Source of the DNA: Podarcis tiliguerta
Taxonomy: Eukaryota
Strand: one strand, 5' to 3'
Assembly (NCBI GenBank): GCA_965153285.1
Contig: OZ229115.1
Length of the DNA stretch: 64,000 nucleotides
The stretch's first letter is position 1, and the number at the start of each line of letters is the position of its first letter. Below, piece by piece: positions 11,701 through 24,500 of the stretch. The position numbers were made by a program, and so were the translations under genes. Below the pieces are notes generated by a model. It made no database searches. It was not told where the DNA came from and saw only the letters and a list, made by a program, of their open reading frames with translations.

Positions 11701-14700
11701 GTTCTGTTCTTTCCTTCTTGGCTGGCCAAATTGTCACATGAATTACTTTCTTTAAAATGTTTCAATGAATAGGGACCTGTGCAGTGTCAGTGGGGGTGCA
11801 TACAGGGAACCTGAAGTTATTGATTTGGAGCTGATGTTATTCATGCTTACTGCGTTCAGAGGTGGCATAAAAAGGAGCCAAGTCTTTGTGTGAGCTCTTC
11901 ATTTTCCTATTCTTTGTTGCTGCTGATAATTCCACATTCTTGCCAATGGCAACAGAGTTGTGAGGTGGGATACAGCTCATGGAACTGGCTGCTTTGTCCT
12001 TACACAGAAAGCTCCTCTTTGTCACTTACTTGATTAAAAACAGCAACAACAAAAATGCATGATATGGCACTCCCCTTCTATCAGGAAATTCATTGGTAAT
12101 TTGCAGAGGCGGCTACCAGCCTATTCTTAGGGTTTGCTTACCCAACCACTTTTGCAAATGGAAGAATCAATATGCAATGACTCTCCTGGTAAAGGCCTGC
12201 AAGGTAATATTATCCTGTGGTAGCAGTATAAGTCCTGGAAAACACTTTTTTTCTAGCATATTTCAAGATACCGCAAAATAGTGGCTAGACCACACCGGGC
12301 CATTTTGCCACTTTAGAATCAAGTGGGAAAGCTCTGCCCAAGGGGATTTTTCCACCTGAAAAATGTGTGCAGTATATGTTCAGTAGGCATGTACATGTGC
12401 ACACCTCTGAAGCATGTTGCTGCCAAGCCTGCCTCTATATAGGTTATTCTCATTCTTTGTTTCAGAAAGGGTTGCTAGCGCCCACCAGCCACCTAGTGAC
12501 GGCCTTCCACATGGGAGTTCATTCCTCCTCCCGAGTTCCAGCATTGTAATGTTGCTTCCTTCTGTTCTCAGGTTGCATCAACTGCACCGTTGGGACTGAA
12601 CCAGCTCTAGGCTTTGAATACAAATGGTGGAACACGCTGCCAGCAAACATGGAGACGACGGTCCTCAGTGGAACCAGTTTTGAATATAAGGGAATGGCAG
12701 GTATCTTCATGGGCACATATTAACCCGAGGTGTTGGGGCAGTTCTTGCATGGGTGGGCACTGTCATATTGTGAGGTCTCTTGCCCCTGCAAGCAGTGGGG
12801 AAGTTCACAGCACAGTGACTCTCATTCCACTCGTACTGTCAGATGTTGCCAGATCAAAGAGAGGGGAGACACGGGGCTGCCTGCTTTCAGCGGCCGTCAT
12901 GCTAAATTGTCTAGTTCTGGCCTCAGGCAACTGGACTCCCCGTGTCTCTAAGAAGTATGTAAGCGTTTATAGAGCTGTGTATTTAATGATATCCAACTGA
13001 AGTAATGCCCTTTCACTGAATGGAGATGGTGTTCTGTTTGCTGTTTCAGGGTGGGAAGTAGCTGGTGACTACATCTACACAGCAGCAGGAGCCTCTGACA
13101 ATGACTTCATGATACTGACACTGGTGATTCCTGGGTTCAGGTGAGTGTGTAGCTGAGCTGGCGATGGCAAGCCTATGCATCCAAAATGCAGTAGGAGCAC
13201 TGAGTCCTTTAAGAGTGTGCTGCTTGCATTACTTCTTCCACAATCCTTAACTCACCATTGGTGAACAATAACAGAAAGAATGAATGTGGAATTGAGTTGG
13301 CTTTTCAGTTTAACAAATCCTTGAAACATATATGAGCTCTCAGCAGCTGCCTGATTTTTGCCATGTCCTGGAAACAGCCATGCTTTCAATGTATGCCTGT
13401 GACTAGAGTGCTGATTTTATTGGACTGGCCATCCTCAGATTCTTCAAATGTGTTCTAAACAAGAGCATAAGCTGAGGGAAACTTTCAGATTCATGGCTTG
13501 CTGAAGTAAGCCTTGCTAATTGAGGTGGACTGTTTCCAGACATTCCTACTCCCATCTCCCGTCCTTGCTGTGTTTTCACCAAGACCTTGAGCAAATAGAC
13601 ACCCCCTGAGTTTTGCTTGCTCTCTTGCAGTTCCCCACAATCGGTGATGGAGGACTCCGAAAGTAAAGAGATTGCAAGAATCACATTCGTCTTTGAAACG
13701 ACCTGCAGTATGAGTTGTGAGCTTTATTTCATGGTGGTAAGTTGATCCAGCTTCTTCTCTCTCCAAAGCAGATAAGCTTTCTCTTGCTTGGTTTGCCTTG
13801 GGGTTTTGTGCTCCCAAGGCACAACTGGCTGTGGAAGGCACATTCCCCTCCTTCCTCTGTAGTTGATGCGTTTAGAAAAAGAGGCAAATCTCTTGGCTGT
13901 TTCCCAATTCCGGAAACTTTCACCTGAAATCAATATGTTCCTATGGGCATATTTTCAAAGGTACAATACCCCACTTGCATCCTGTAGTTACACCTCTGTG
14001 AGGACTCTGTGTCAAAATGCCACCATGGCGACGAGAAAAATAAATATAGGTATACCACCCGTTGGTATGTTAAAAAATCAGCATTATTGATAACGTTAAT
14101 ATTATTAATAAAAATAGTGTAAGAACAGGAAAACTATTCTAGGCACATTTTGTTCAGAGATACACTTTGGACAGGTAGCAAGGCCACTCATCATGCACAG
14201 TGCAAAATGAAAAAGACTTGTGAAAATGTTAAAAAAAAAGAGTATTATTGGGTTTTGCAAATGATGCTCTGAATTTCCTGTGCTTTCTGATCTGCAGCCC
14301 ACATCAGCTTCTCTTGAGCTACAATGGGTGCGAAAGAAAATCTCTCCTAGTCACTGTAGCCTCTCTTCCACAATTTCAGTGTCATCTTTCCTCTTAACTG
14401 CTTCCTTCCCACTAATGCCCCATCTCCCCTTCTTTTCAGTTGGCTATTCCAAGGCTCTCACAATCTGCCTGGCATTATTTTCCCTGCTTATACTCAAGTT
14501 GCGGAAATATCTGTATCTGTAATAATAAAGAATTATTTAGGTAGAAAGCGTTGCTTGCTCTTTACTCACTAGGCCCATGCTTTATCTCTGGTAGGGTGTC
14601 AATTCCAGAACCAACACGCCTGTGGAAACCTGGATTGGCTCGAAAGGAAAGCAATCCTACACCTACATCATTGAAAAGAACGCCACCATGAGCTTCACAT

Positions 14701-16863
14701 GGGCCTTCCAAAGAACAGCATACCATGAGCCGGTAGGGACTATCACTTCCTGGGGAACCTTCTGTTCACAGCCAGCTCCTCAGTTATCCCTTTTATGGGG
14801 AGTTCCTTGCCAGGAATCAGAGATACTCTAGTGTCTTGCTAATCAAAGATGTCCCAGCAAGGAATAGGCACGCCATCCTCATCTGCAGCATCCCACCTCC
14901 CCTTTATCAAACACTTCTACCTCTCCAAGGCCCTATGGACACTTTCTGTGTTTCGTTCTAGGGAAGAAAATACACCAACGATGTTGCCAAGCTGTACTCT
15001 ATCAATGTGACCAACGTCATCGAAGGCGTAGCATCATACTGCCGGGTGTGCGCTCTGGAATCCTCGGGCTCGTCCTGTACTTCCTGCCCACACGGCCACT
15101 ACATCGACAGAAGCTCTGGGGGCTGCTACCCGTGTGCAGCAAACACGTACCTGAAAGCTCACCAGCCCTATGGCAGCCAGGCCTGCATCCCTTGTGGTCC
15201 CGGCACAAAAAACAACCCGGTAATATTGTCCTCCTTTCTGCCTATCGTTTCTGGCCAATTTGCAATGATCTGCACTGTTAGCTAAATAAAAGCACCCCAT
15301 TAAGTTTATAAATCATTTATTTGGCAGAGGGTTTTCCATTATAAGCAGCAGTAGGGCAGTAACAGTATATTAGTACTAGTATACTGCCCCTCATCCAAAA
15401 TTACAGACAGAATCTGCATGCACAAGAAATTGCAGATCTGTTGGCCGGAGAAGGTTCCACTTGAAGTGGCAGGCAAGATCCCACCCAGTTAGCAAAGCCT
15501 GCCCGCTGACATGATATGCATGAGGCCAGATCCTTAAAAAAGAAGATATGTAACTGAAAACTTTGTCCTAACAAACTTTTGCATTTTTCTTATTGAAAAT
15601 GTGGAACCTGTAGACTGAAAGGGATTCTTCCCTTACCAAATGATCCCAGAGTTTTGCTTTAAAAAAACCCCAAGCTTGTCTTTCCTCAGAAATATTAAGT
15701 TATTTCCTGCCAAAATGGAAATGGCACTAGAACAGCTAAGCGGTTCATCTCCACATACTCTGTTTTGTGTAATTATCCACATGGTTCCCTGAAGGAAATT
15801 GGCAAGTGAGATTCCTGTGAACAGAAGCTTATGGGATTCTGGAGCACTATAAACCTGGCCAGCTTGAGAATAATCAGCCACATTTGGGTTCCTTCCTCTC
15901 AGAGTAAACTAGGGTTTTACATGGTGCTGGAGACACTGACAATTTCTGAGCTCCTCTATGAGGAAATAAATTGACTGTAAAAAAATGTTCTGCTCCCCAG
16001 ATCCATTCTCTTTGTTACAGTGACTGTCACCTCTCAGTCGTCGCGGACGGCAGGACTCTGGAGTATGACTTCTCAGCACTGTCTAATAGCACATCCTTTT
16101 TGGTGGGGCCCAGTTTTACCACCAAAGGGCTAAAGTATTTTCACCACTTCAACATCAGCCTCTGTGGGAATCATGTAAGTACGTGGCGAGGCTTCTGAGA
16201 AGCCCATCCTCTATGCAGGGCCCCAACATGTGAGAGTGGCTTATATGGTACAAATCACCCGTATGTGAAGAGAGTTTCTAGGCACCCATGCTCACCCCAG
16301 AGCCGCAGAACGTTTCCTTAGCAGAATCCCATCCTCCTGGCTACTCTAGCTGAACCACCGCAACAAAACAGCTCAAATTCTTGAAGGTCTCTTATCTGTA
16401 ACTTAAGGGAAACGTTTTACTATCGTGATGCAACTGCCCTTCTCTCCTGTGAAAGGATGGGTGTTAATAGATCCCTGTGCACTGAAAGTGTGTGTGTCAC
16501 AGTATCATTGATTTATCCCCACTACCAATGACAGCTGGTGACCACACACCCTGCCCATGCATACAGAACTCTTCGGAATAGGCTCTTTGGGTGTACATAG
16601 AGCTTCTCCATGCAAAGCAGGATCCGTTTATCCCAGACTCCTCACCCCTGTTATATGTGGGAGCTCTACGCACATACATTGATACACAAATAGACGCCCT
16701 TCCAACATGCATGGGTAATGGAAAATGCGGTGATCAGAGGCGCTGGTGCTAGGCTTTGAAACCCTCCTCGTGCTTTCAGTGCAATAGGGTGGGTTCATCT
16801 GAGTCCTCTTACTATGGTTCCTTTAAAAAGAACTTCAGGTTTTATAAAGACAAGGATCCAGCC

Positions 16864-16904
<41 letters not shown>

Positions 16905-19900
16905 CCCACCCCCCTTGCAATTCTCTGAAGGGAAGGAAAATGGCAACCTGCACGGATAACGTCACAGACATGCACATCCTGGGCAAAGAGACAGAGTTCT
17001 CCAAATCAACTTCCTCCTATGTATGCCAGTCCATCATTGTCCCCTCTGATGTGATGGCTTACAAATCAGTGGTGTCTTCCCAACCCGTGAGCCTGGCAGA
17101 CCGCTTTGTAGGTGAGAATTGCAGGGAGCATAAGTCTGTGCTTTGAACAGAGGACTCTGGTTGCTGTTTGATAGAGGCTTTTGGGTGAGTTGCATGTGCT
17201 GATTCAGGTGACAGGAACATCCCTGATTATGCCTTCTAGATAAGTCATAGAATCATAGAGCTGGAAGGTACCCAAAGGGTTGTCTAGCTCAACTCCCTGC
17301 AAAGCAGGAATTACAGCTAAGGAATCCCTGGCAGATGGCCATCCAACATCTGTTTAAAAACCTCCAATGAAGGAGAGTCCATCATGTTCCAAGGGAGTCC
17401 ATTCCACTGTCAAACAACTGAATGGAAAAGTAGTGAGTTCAGTGTGGCTCCTTCATCTAAAACAAAGTCAACTTTGATGAAAACCCTACACTACTCAGTG
17501 CCACTAAACTTTAGTTCCCCACTCCTCAGCTGTGTTTTTTGCTTTCTGTCCAGGTCCCAGGAAAGCAAAGGAGGGAAAGTCATAGCAATTTCCCAATTTT
17601 TGCTGCTTTTTTTTTTTAAAAAAGTATATAGCTAGAGAAATACTTTTTTTTTTTTTTTTGCACTGGGTTCTGTTCTACCTCAAATCACTGGCACCACCTC
17701 CAGGCCCATGAAATAAAGTATATTTTATTTCCAGGAATTGGCAATCTACTTTTATTTTATATATTGTCATTTTATTTTTATTTTTTCCAAGACCTGGCAA
17801 TCCAATAGCTAAACCTGGGTCACTCACACACACTAACAGAGCCTAACCAAAGGCACAACAGGCCTCACTTGTTTCTCTGACCCTGATCAGCATTTGTGAG
17901 GAAAGCAATGAACAAGACAAGCCTGTTTTCTGGAAGCAGTGAAGAGAGAATTGAAATGGGATTCTCCTCTGTGAAGCTCTTTAGCACAGTCAGTTTGGGG
18001 AGAGGGGTGGTCATGGGAACGTCCACTGTCTTCTCAGTGCACTGTCCTTCTCACTGGTTTGCTTCTAACTTGTAGGAGTAACAAGGGAGACCACTCTGGA
18101 CAACATCACTTCTTTTCCTGACTATTTCCCTGCAGAGAATGTGGGCTTACCGGATGTGATATTTTTTTACAGGTAAGCTACAAGACTGCCAAACATAGGT
18201 GAAGGCAGTTTTAGCAGTCTTCTGTGGAAAACTCTGGGTTATTCCTACGTCTTGGAACATTTTTAGTATTTCAGCATCACAGGGAATTTGGGGGCTTTGG
18301 CATTCCGGAACCTTCCAAAGAGGATTGAACAAATTCATGAAGGGATAAAGCTATCAATGGCTACTAGTTGTGATGGCTGTGCTCTGCCTCCACAATCAGA
18401 GATAGTAGTGCTTCTGAATACCAGTTTCTAGAAACCACAGGAGGAGAGAGGGCTCTTGTGTCAAATCATTCTCTGGAAGATCTTGGGTTCCGCTGCTTCT
18501 TGCTTGCTCATGAGGTACACAGTGATGATTTGCACGTGAACCAGCCACAGTATTACTGCTGTTACCAGCAGGAGTGGCTTTGATTCTGCAGAACCAGTTT
18601 GGCATCCTTTCTCCCCGCCTTCTTCTCAGCTCTCCTCTAGCCTCTGGCAGGTGGGACTTGAATGTGTGAGAAGGAAGTTGGATCATAATTTGAAGGAACT
18701 TTTCAATAAATCTTTGGTATTCCCACACCCTGGGAAAATATATCCTTGTGATTTGTCCTCCCTTTTCCTTGGGCCAGATTTCCTTTTTTAGTGCCATTTG
18801 TACTGCTGTGCAGCAGTCCTTTGTATGAAAAAGAAAAATGATACAGTACATGTGTCTTAAGCGTTTCCCACTTTTTAAAAGTTATGGAAACATGCTAGAA
18901 ACAAGGGAGATACAGCATTGTGTTGCCCCCGATATTAGTGAGAAATGCTAGTACCGTGAAGCCTTGTAAGTGACAGGGCCGTCAGCTTTAGCAGGGATTT
19001 CATAACATGCATATATGTTGCAGATCCAGTGATGTGACTCAGACTTGTAGTGCTGGGAGAGCTACTGCCATTAGAGTGAGATGTGATCCTCTAAAACCCC
19101 ACTCTGGAGTGCTCTCTGTGCCGAGGTAAGTTCAAAGGTTAGTCAGTCTCAATAGCAGGCGCACCCTGTTAAAACTACATTCTGCTCCAAACTCTACAGT
19201 GGGGCAAAAACTGGAAAAACTGGTGGAGAAAAAAATTAAAATAAATGCTTTCGATGCTGTAAAAACAGTCACACTGAGAACAGCACTTACTTTTGTATTG
19301 GGTGTACTTGCTTCCAATTCCAGTTGTAATTTATATTTCAGTTTTGTCTGCTCCTATGTTTCAAGCTGGCTGCTCATCTTGTTTATGCATTTTAATAGTT
19401 GCTTTTTAAAATGAGAACTAAGGAATAATGATTTAGCAAAGACTGTAGCTCAGTGGTAGAGCATCTGCTTTGCATGCCAAAGGTCTCTAGTTCATTCCCT
19501 GGCATCTCCTGATAGGGCTGAGAATGTCCCGTCTGAAATCCTGGAGAGCCTCTTTCAGACAACGTAAACAATACTGAGTAGCTGGAGGTCAGACATGGCA
19601 TAGGGTAGCTTCCTGTGTTCACAACCCTTCTAAAGGCAAAACTAAAAGATGCATAAAAGCATCTCCACTGCTTAAAGCTTTCTCCTCCCGCCCAATATTA
19701 GCTATAACAGCTCCAGTCTGGGTCAGGCCTATAGCACAAGATGAAGTTGTGTTAACATTGACCCTTTCCACTCTGCACTATTTCCCCAATGGCACTCCAC
19801 CCCCCCCCCCCAATAAAAGGCTACTGTTGCTGATGCAGGGGAAATGATAGAAATGTGATTTTCCTGCTGTGGAGTTATTTTCATGGGGAAAATGATACGG

Positions 19901-21491
19901 GGAGGAATACTAAAACTATTTTATTGTGCTGCACTATAGTCCCAGTCTGGTTTGGGAGGTGTAGCTATTTTTTTGGCAAAAAGTGTAAAGACACCAAGTT
20001 GCATTCATATGCCACCAACTTTATATGACGTTTATCACTGTGACACGCTTCTGGAACCCAGTTCAGTCGCATTTACATTCAGTTCTCATTTACATTTACA
20101 GACCTAACCTATCAGCATAAGCTTTGCCATATCCGTTCCTTCACATACCAACACAACTTCTTTACCTCTTTAAAATTTAGAGGTCTACTGGGTATAGTCA
20201 AAGTAGAATGGTGGTGAAGTGGTCTAACAATGGAGCCTATCTCAACCTTGCAGGGTTTAAATTCTTTCATGAATGACACAGGTCTCCAAGGGGTCTGTGT
20301 AACTCAGATACAGGAAATGCCTAAGACCTATTGACATCTATGAAAGAAATAGCATTTACAGCAAGAACAAGTGTTCCATGCAGCAGAGTTCATGCGCTAC
20401 ATACATGAGGCATGGCTTTGGTTCCCTGGAGTCACTGGTGACAGACTCTTTCATGGCAGGTCTGGGACAAGGGCAGGTCTTGACACCCACAGCAGCTAGG
20501 TCATGAGGTGAGCCACTGAATAGACTCCATTTCAGATGGCACTTTGTAATTTTTCAAACAGCAAGTGCCCTGAAGGAACCTGTGACGGATGCACTTTCCA
20601 TTTCCTGTGGGAGACTGTTGAAGCCTGCCCCCTCTGTTCTGCAGATGACTACCATGCTATCATCAGCGCCTGTGTTGGAGGGATTCAGGTAGGGACTCAG
20701 AATGGCTTCTTTTGAGTTCTTTTCTTCAGGGCCTGAGAGCTGCCCATTTTTGTGACTATTATATGAACATTAAAACAAGTCATCGACAGCTACGGCAGCC
20801 CAATGATCATTTAGTGAACATGCCGGTTAGGACAGGCAGAGACACCAAATTGAAATCCACTATTTTTCCCCCTGGAGTTGTCACAAAACCATACTTGTCT
20901 GATATTAAACATGCTTACCTGAAGTCAGTTCTACTGATTTCACAACAATAAAACGCTTCAGCAGCAGGTTCAGCAATGATGTACCAATTTATTTTTGTTA
21001 AGAGGATTATGTCCCTTCAAGATCCCTCTAGAGTGGTGGTGGTACAACTATTATGGTTGCTTCGAATCTATAAGGTGGCATCAACACTACATTTCTATAT
21101 TGGTTTCAGTTTATTTCCCTGAAAACCATTTCTATATAGCTTAGCGTAAAATCTCTCCTAAGTGCTACAGGGTAAAACAGAAATGTACAGTAAGACCATC
21201 AGCATCAAAAAGAGTACAAAAATGCAACATGAGCTGCAACTGCGTGTGATTAAAAGAAGGCCATGCCTGCTTTTTCTTCCACAGAGAACCACATATGTAT
21301 GGAGGGAGCCCAAGCTGTGTTCGGGAGGCATTTCACTCCCAGATCAAAAAGTCAGCATTTGCAAAGCCATGGACTTCTGGCTCAAAGTGGGCATCTCGGC
21401 GGGGACTTGTGCTGCTATCCTGCTGACTGCAATGACTTGCTACTTCTGGAAGAAAAACCAGAAGTGAGTAGCTGCTTCTGTTCCTGCCCAT

Positions 21492-21534
<43 letters not shown>

Positions 21535-24500
21535 CATAGCTGCCCAAGACCTTTTTCAAGGTTGCCCTTTAAATCAGATGGCAACCTTGAACAGCACAGC
21601 AGAAGCAAATAGGTGAGTCTGTGTTCAAAGATAGCAAGCTCTTCAGTAATATGTCAATCTTTTATACATTGTTACATGTCAGTGATGGCATTCTCGCCTT
21701 CCCCAGTTTGCCTTCTTATCATCCCATTCTCAACCCTGCCTATCCTTCCATGCCTAAAAAGCAAGAAAGACCCACCAAAAACAAACCAGTTTTTATTTTC
21801 CAGAAGCGTTAAGTGCCCGCAAATTTAACACACTCACAAACAGTGCATCCATAGCCCTGTTCAGTAGCACCTTGTGAAAGGGGTGCAGCTTGTGAAATGA
21901 GACATCTTCATACGGGCAGTGATATATAGGGGAAGAACCCCCCCCCCCCAAAAAAAAACCTCTTTACTGGTGGGCAATATGAGACATAGGGCATCAGGTT
22001 AGCATTGTGTAGTTACAGGGTTGCTGACTGGCTAGGACTGCCTATGACTTTTCACAAGCCACAGCCCTTTATGAGTCACTCCTTGACCATATTGCTACAA
22101 AATTTGCAGATGGATCCTGTGAATTAGTTTCCCAGCATATGCACTAGAAAAAGCTGGTGGCATTACCAGCAAATATTGAGTGGAGTTTGCTGAGCAGTGA
22201 TCCAATTCCAGCTGTAGTTGTGATGAAACCTCTTCAATGAAGAGTGTTTCTTGCCCATCAGTTTCTCAACAACTATAGGGGATCAGGTCTACTGTTGCTT
22301 GAATGTACCTGCTGCCAGTGGATTTATGCTATGATAAGTGTCCCCTTTGGATGCTTACATATGAAAGTATCTGCCGGCAGAGAGGATACCAGTCCCACCA
22401 CCACTTGAATTAGAAGCCTTTGCTGCTTGCTTATCTGCACCCAGGAAAGAGGTCTCCACTTCCAAGCAGCAGCTGGGGCTCTGAAATGCTCGCTGGCAAA
22501 GATCAGGAGCTGAATATTCTGAGAAGGGAGGCAGAATTGTTTCCTCTTTGGAGAAACTGAAATTCAAGCTCCTTTTGAATTTTCTCCAGGAGGGAAAATA
22601 TCCCACCTTTGCAAGTGCATGCATAGGATTAAGCTAATAAATACACATTGTGAATGTGTATGACTGTGTGTGCTTGTTTGGATGTACAAAACATTTCTTT
22701 TTCTACCTGTAACAGTCACCTTTCACGTGGCCTGAAGCAGGGCTTATCATCTCCAGATTTTAAAGTGACTCCCCCCCCCCCCCCCGCAAGTGTCCCATTT
22801 TGGGGACCCAAACTATATTCATCCATCATCCATCTGGCTTTCTCTATGTCTGTCTTATATCTTCGTAGGTTGGAGTATAAATATTCCAAGCTGGTGATGA
22901 ATTCCAGTGCCAAGGACAGTGAGCTGCCGGCTGCTGACAGTTGTGCCATTATGGAGGGGGAAGACGCAGAGGATGACCTGATATTCACAAGCAAGAATTC
23001 TCTCTTTGGCAAAATAAGGGCTTTCACCACAAAGGTAAGGTGCTTAGTGCGACCCAGCCTGCATGTGTAATGCACCAGAATGAAGCAACAAAGGCCTTGG
23101 GCTTGGCTCCAGTGTTTATCTAACATGACAGATTTCTAACATGTCATGTTGATCTTGTGAGGCCACATCTGAATAGACAGCTTCCCAATTCACTTAATAT
23201 GTACAGTATCCCTAAGGTGTGTGTGTGCCTTTCTCTAGTAGTCGCTATCCTTTTATTTTTGAAGTAATGATTTCTAGCATGGGCTGCTGACTGTGCAAGA
23301 CCCAGGCTGTAGTAGGGGTTTGGGGGGAGGGGAGGGAGAAGAGTGATTAAAGCTTCATTCTCCTCCTCTATCCTGTTAAAAATCTTGACAGAGTAGCAAA
23401 AGGAAAAGGACATTTTCTCTCCAAACAATTACATCAAACACAGCTAACCTTCCAGGATGCTACAGGCTAGGGACCAATCAAAAGTCATTATTACAGTAAA
23501 GTCCTCATCCTAGATCTGTGAGCTTTCTCCAGCCTCAGAGTCTATATTCACGGGCTGCTGTGTTTCCTATTCTACTGACTGATGTTGTGGTTAATGGTGC
23601 ACTGCTTTTATTTTTCATTTTATCCCTCCCCCCCCTAATGTGGCTATTTGTTTTCCTGTAGGCTTCTCTTAGGTACAGTCAGGCATGGCAGGAGTCTGTG
23701 TGTAGGGCTGTTCTCAATAAGCTAAGAGGAGGAGTCTTCCAGGTAGATAGAGACCAAATGTAGATGGTATTGTCTTGTGTCCCCTGTGTCTAAAAACAAG
23801 TCAGCTGACTGAGGGTGTATAGTAACCAAATGGCATTGGATGGGATGACAATATGGCCTTGTGATATCTGACTGGGACCCAGCGCGGTATGGTATTCTTG
23901 GGAAATCCAAGCCACGCTGCCAGCTTTCTACAGCTGCAGCCTCTCCTTTGCCAAAGGGGGACAGTGCCACAACCTTTATTTTGGAGGAGGAAGGCAAGGA
24001 GGCCCAATGTGTGCTGGAGACACACCAATGGGTGTTAATTCAGGCTGCAAGTATAGGATGCTAAACTTACCCAGAACGGTCCTTGAGCCCTGGCTTGTCT
24101 CTGGAACAAGTAGCTGCTACTCGTTGTGCTGTCCAGAATCATCTATGACTGGCTCTGTGTCATATTTTGCTCAGTTTCATCTTTTGAGAGCCAGAGTCAG
24201 GGCTGCTCTGACTTGATGGAGCTGGGGAGAACCAAGGCAGAGCCATGGAAATCTGGGCCTGTGGGATTCAAATGCCATGTCTGGAATAAATTATGGGAAC
24301 TGAACACTGTACACAGAATGTGGGTGGGTTTTCTCCACTCCCCTGCAAATTACAAGCAAACTGGGCCTTTCTGCTTGTGACCCAAAAGTTATTCCCGCCC
24401 CCAGCCAGTAAATACATTCTGTTAAAATGTTGGCGAATTCTCATGTGTATGGGCTTGCTTTGCTTGAATTAGGGTCTTTAATCAAGAGGTTATGAATATT

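Noticed and set aside
12701-13049. Donor GTATCTTC resembling a U12-type 5' splice site
   Set aside because: It differs from GTATCCTT, and there is no TCCTTAAC branch site close to the downstream acceptor, which has an ordinary pyrimidine tract
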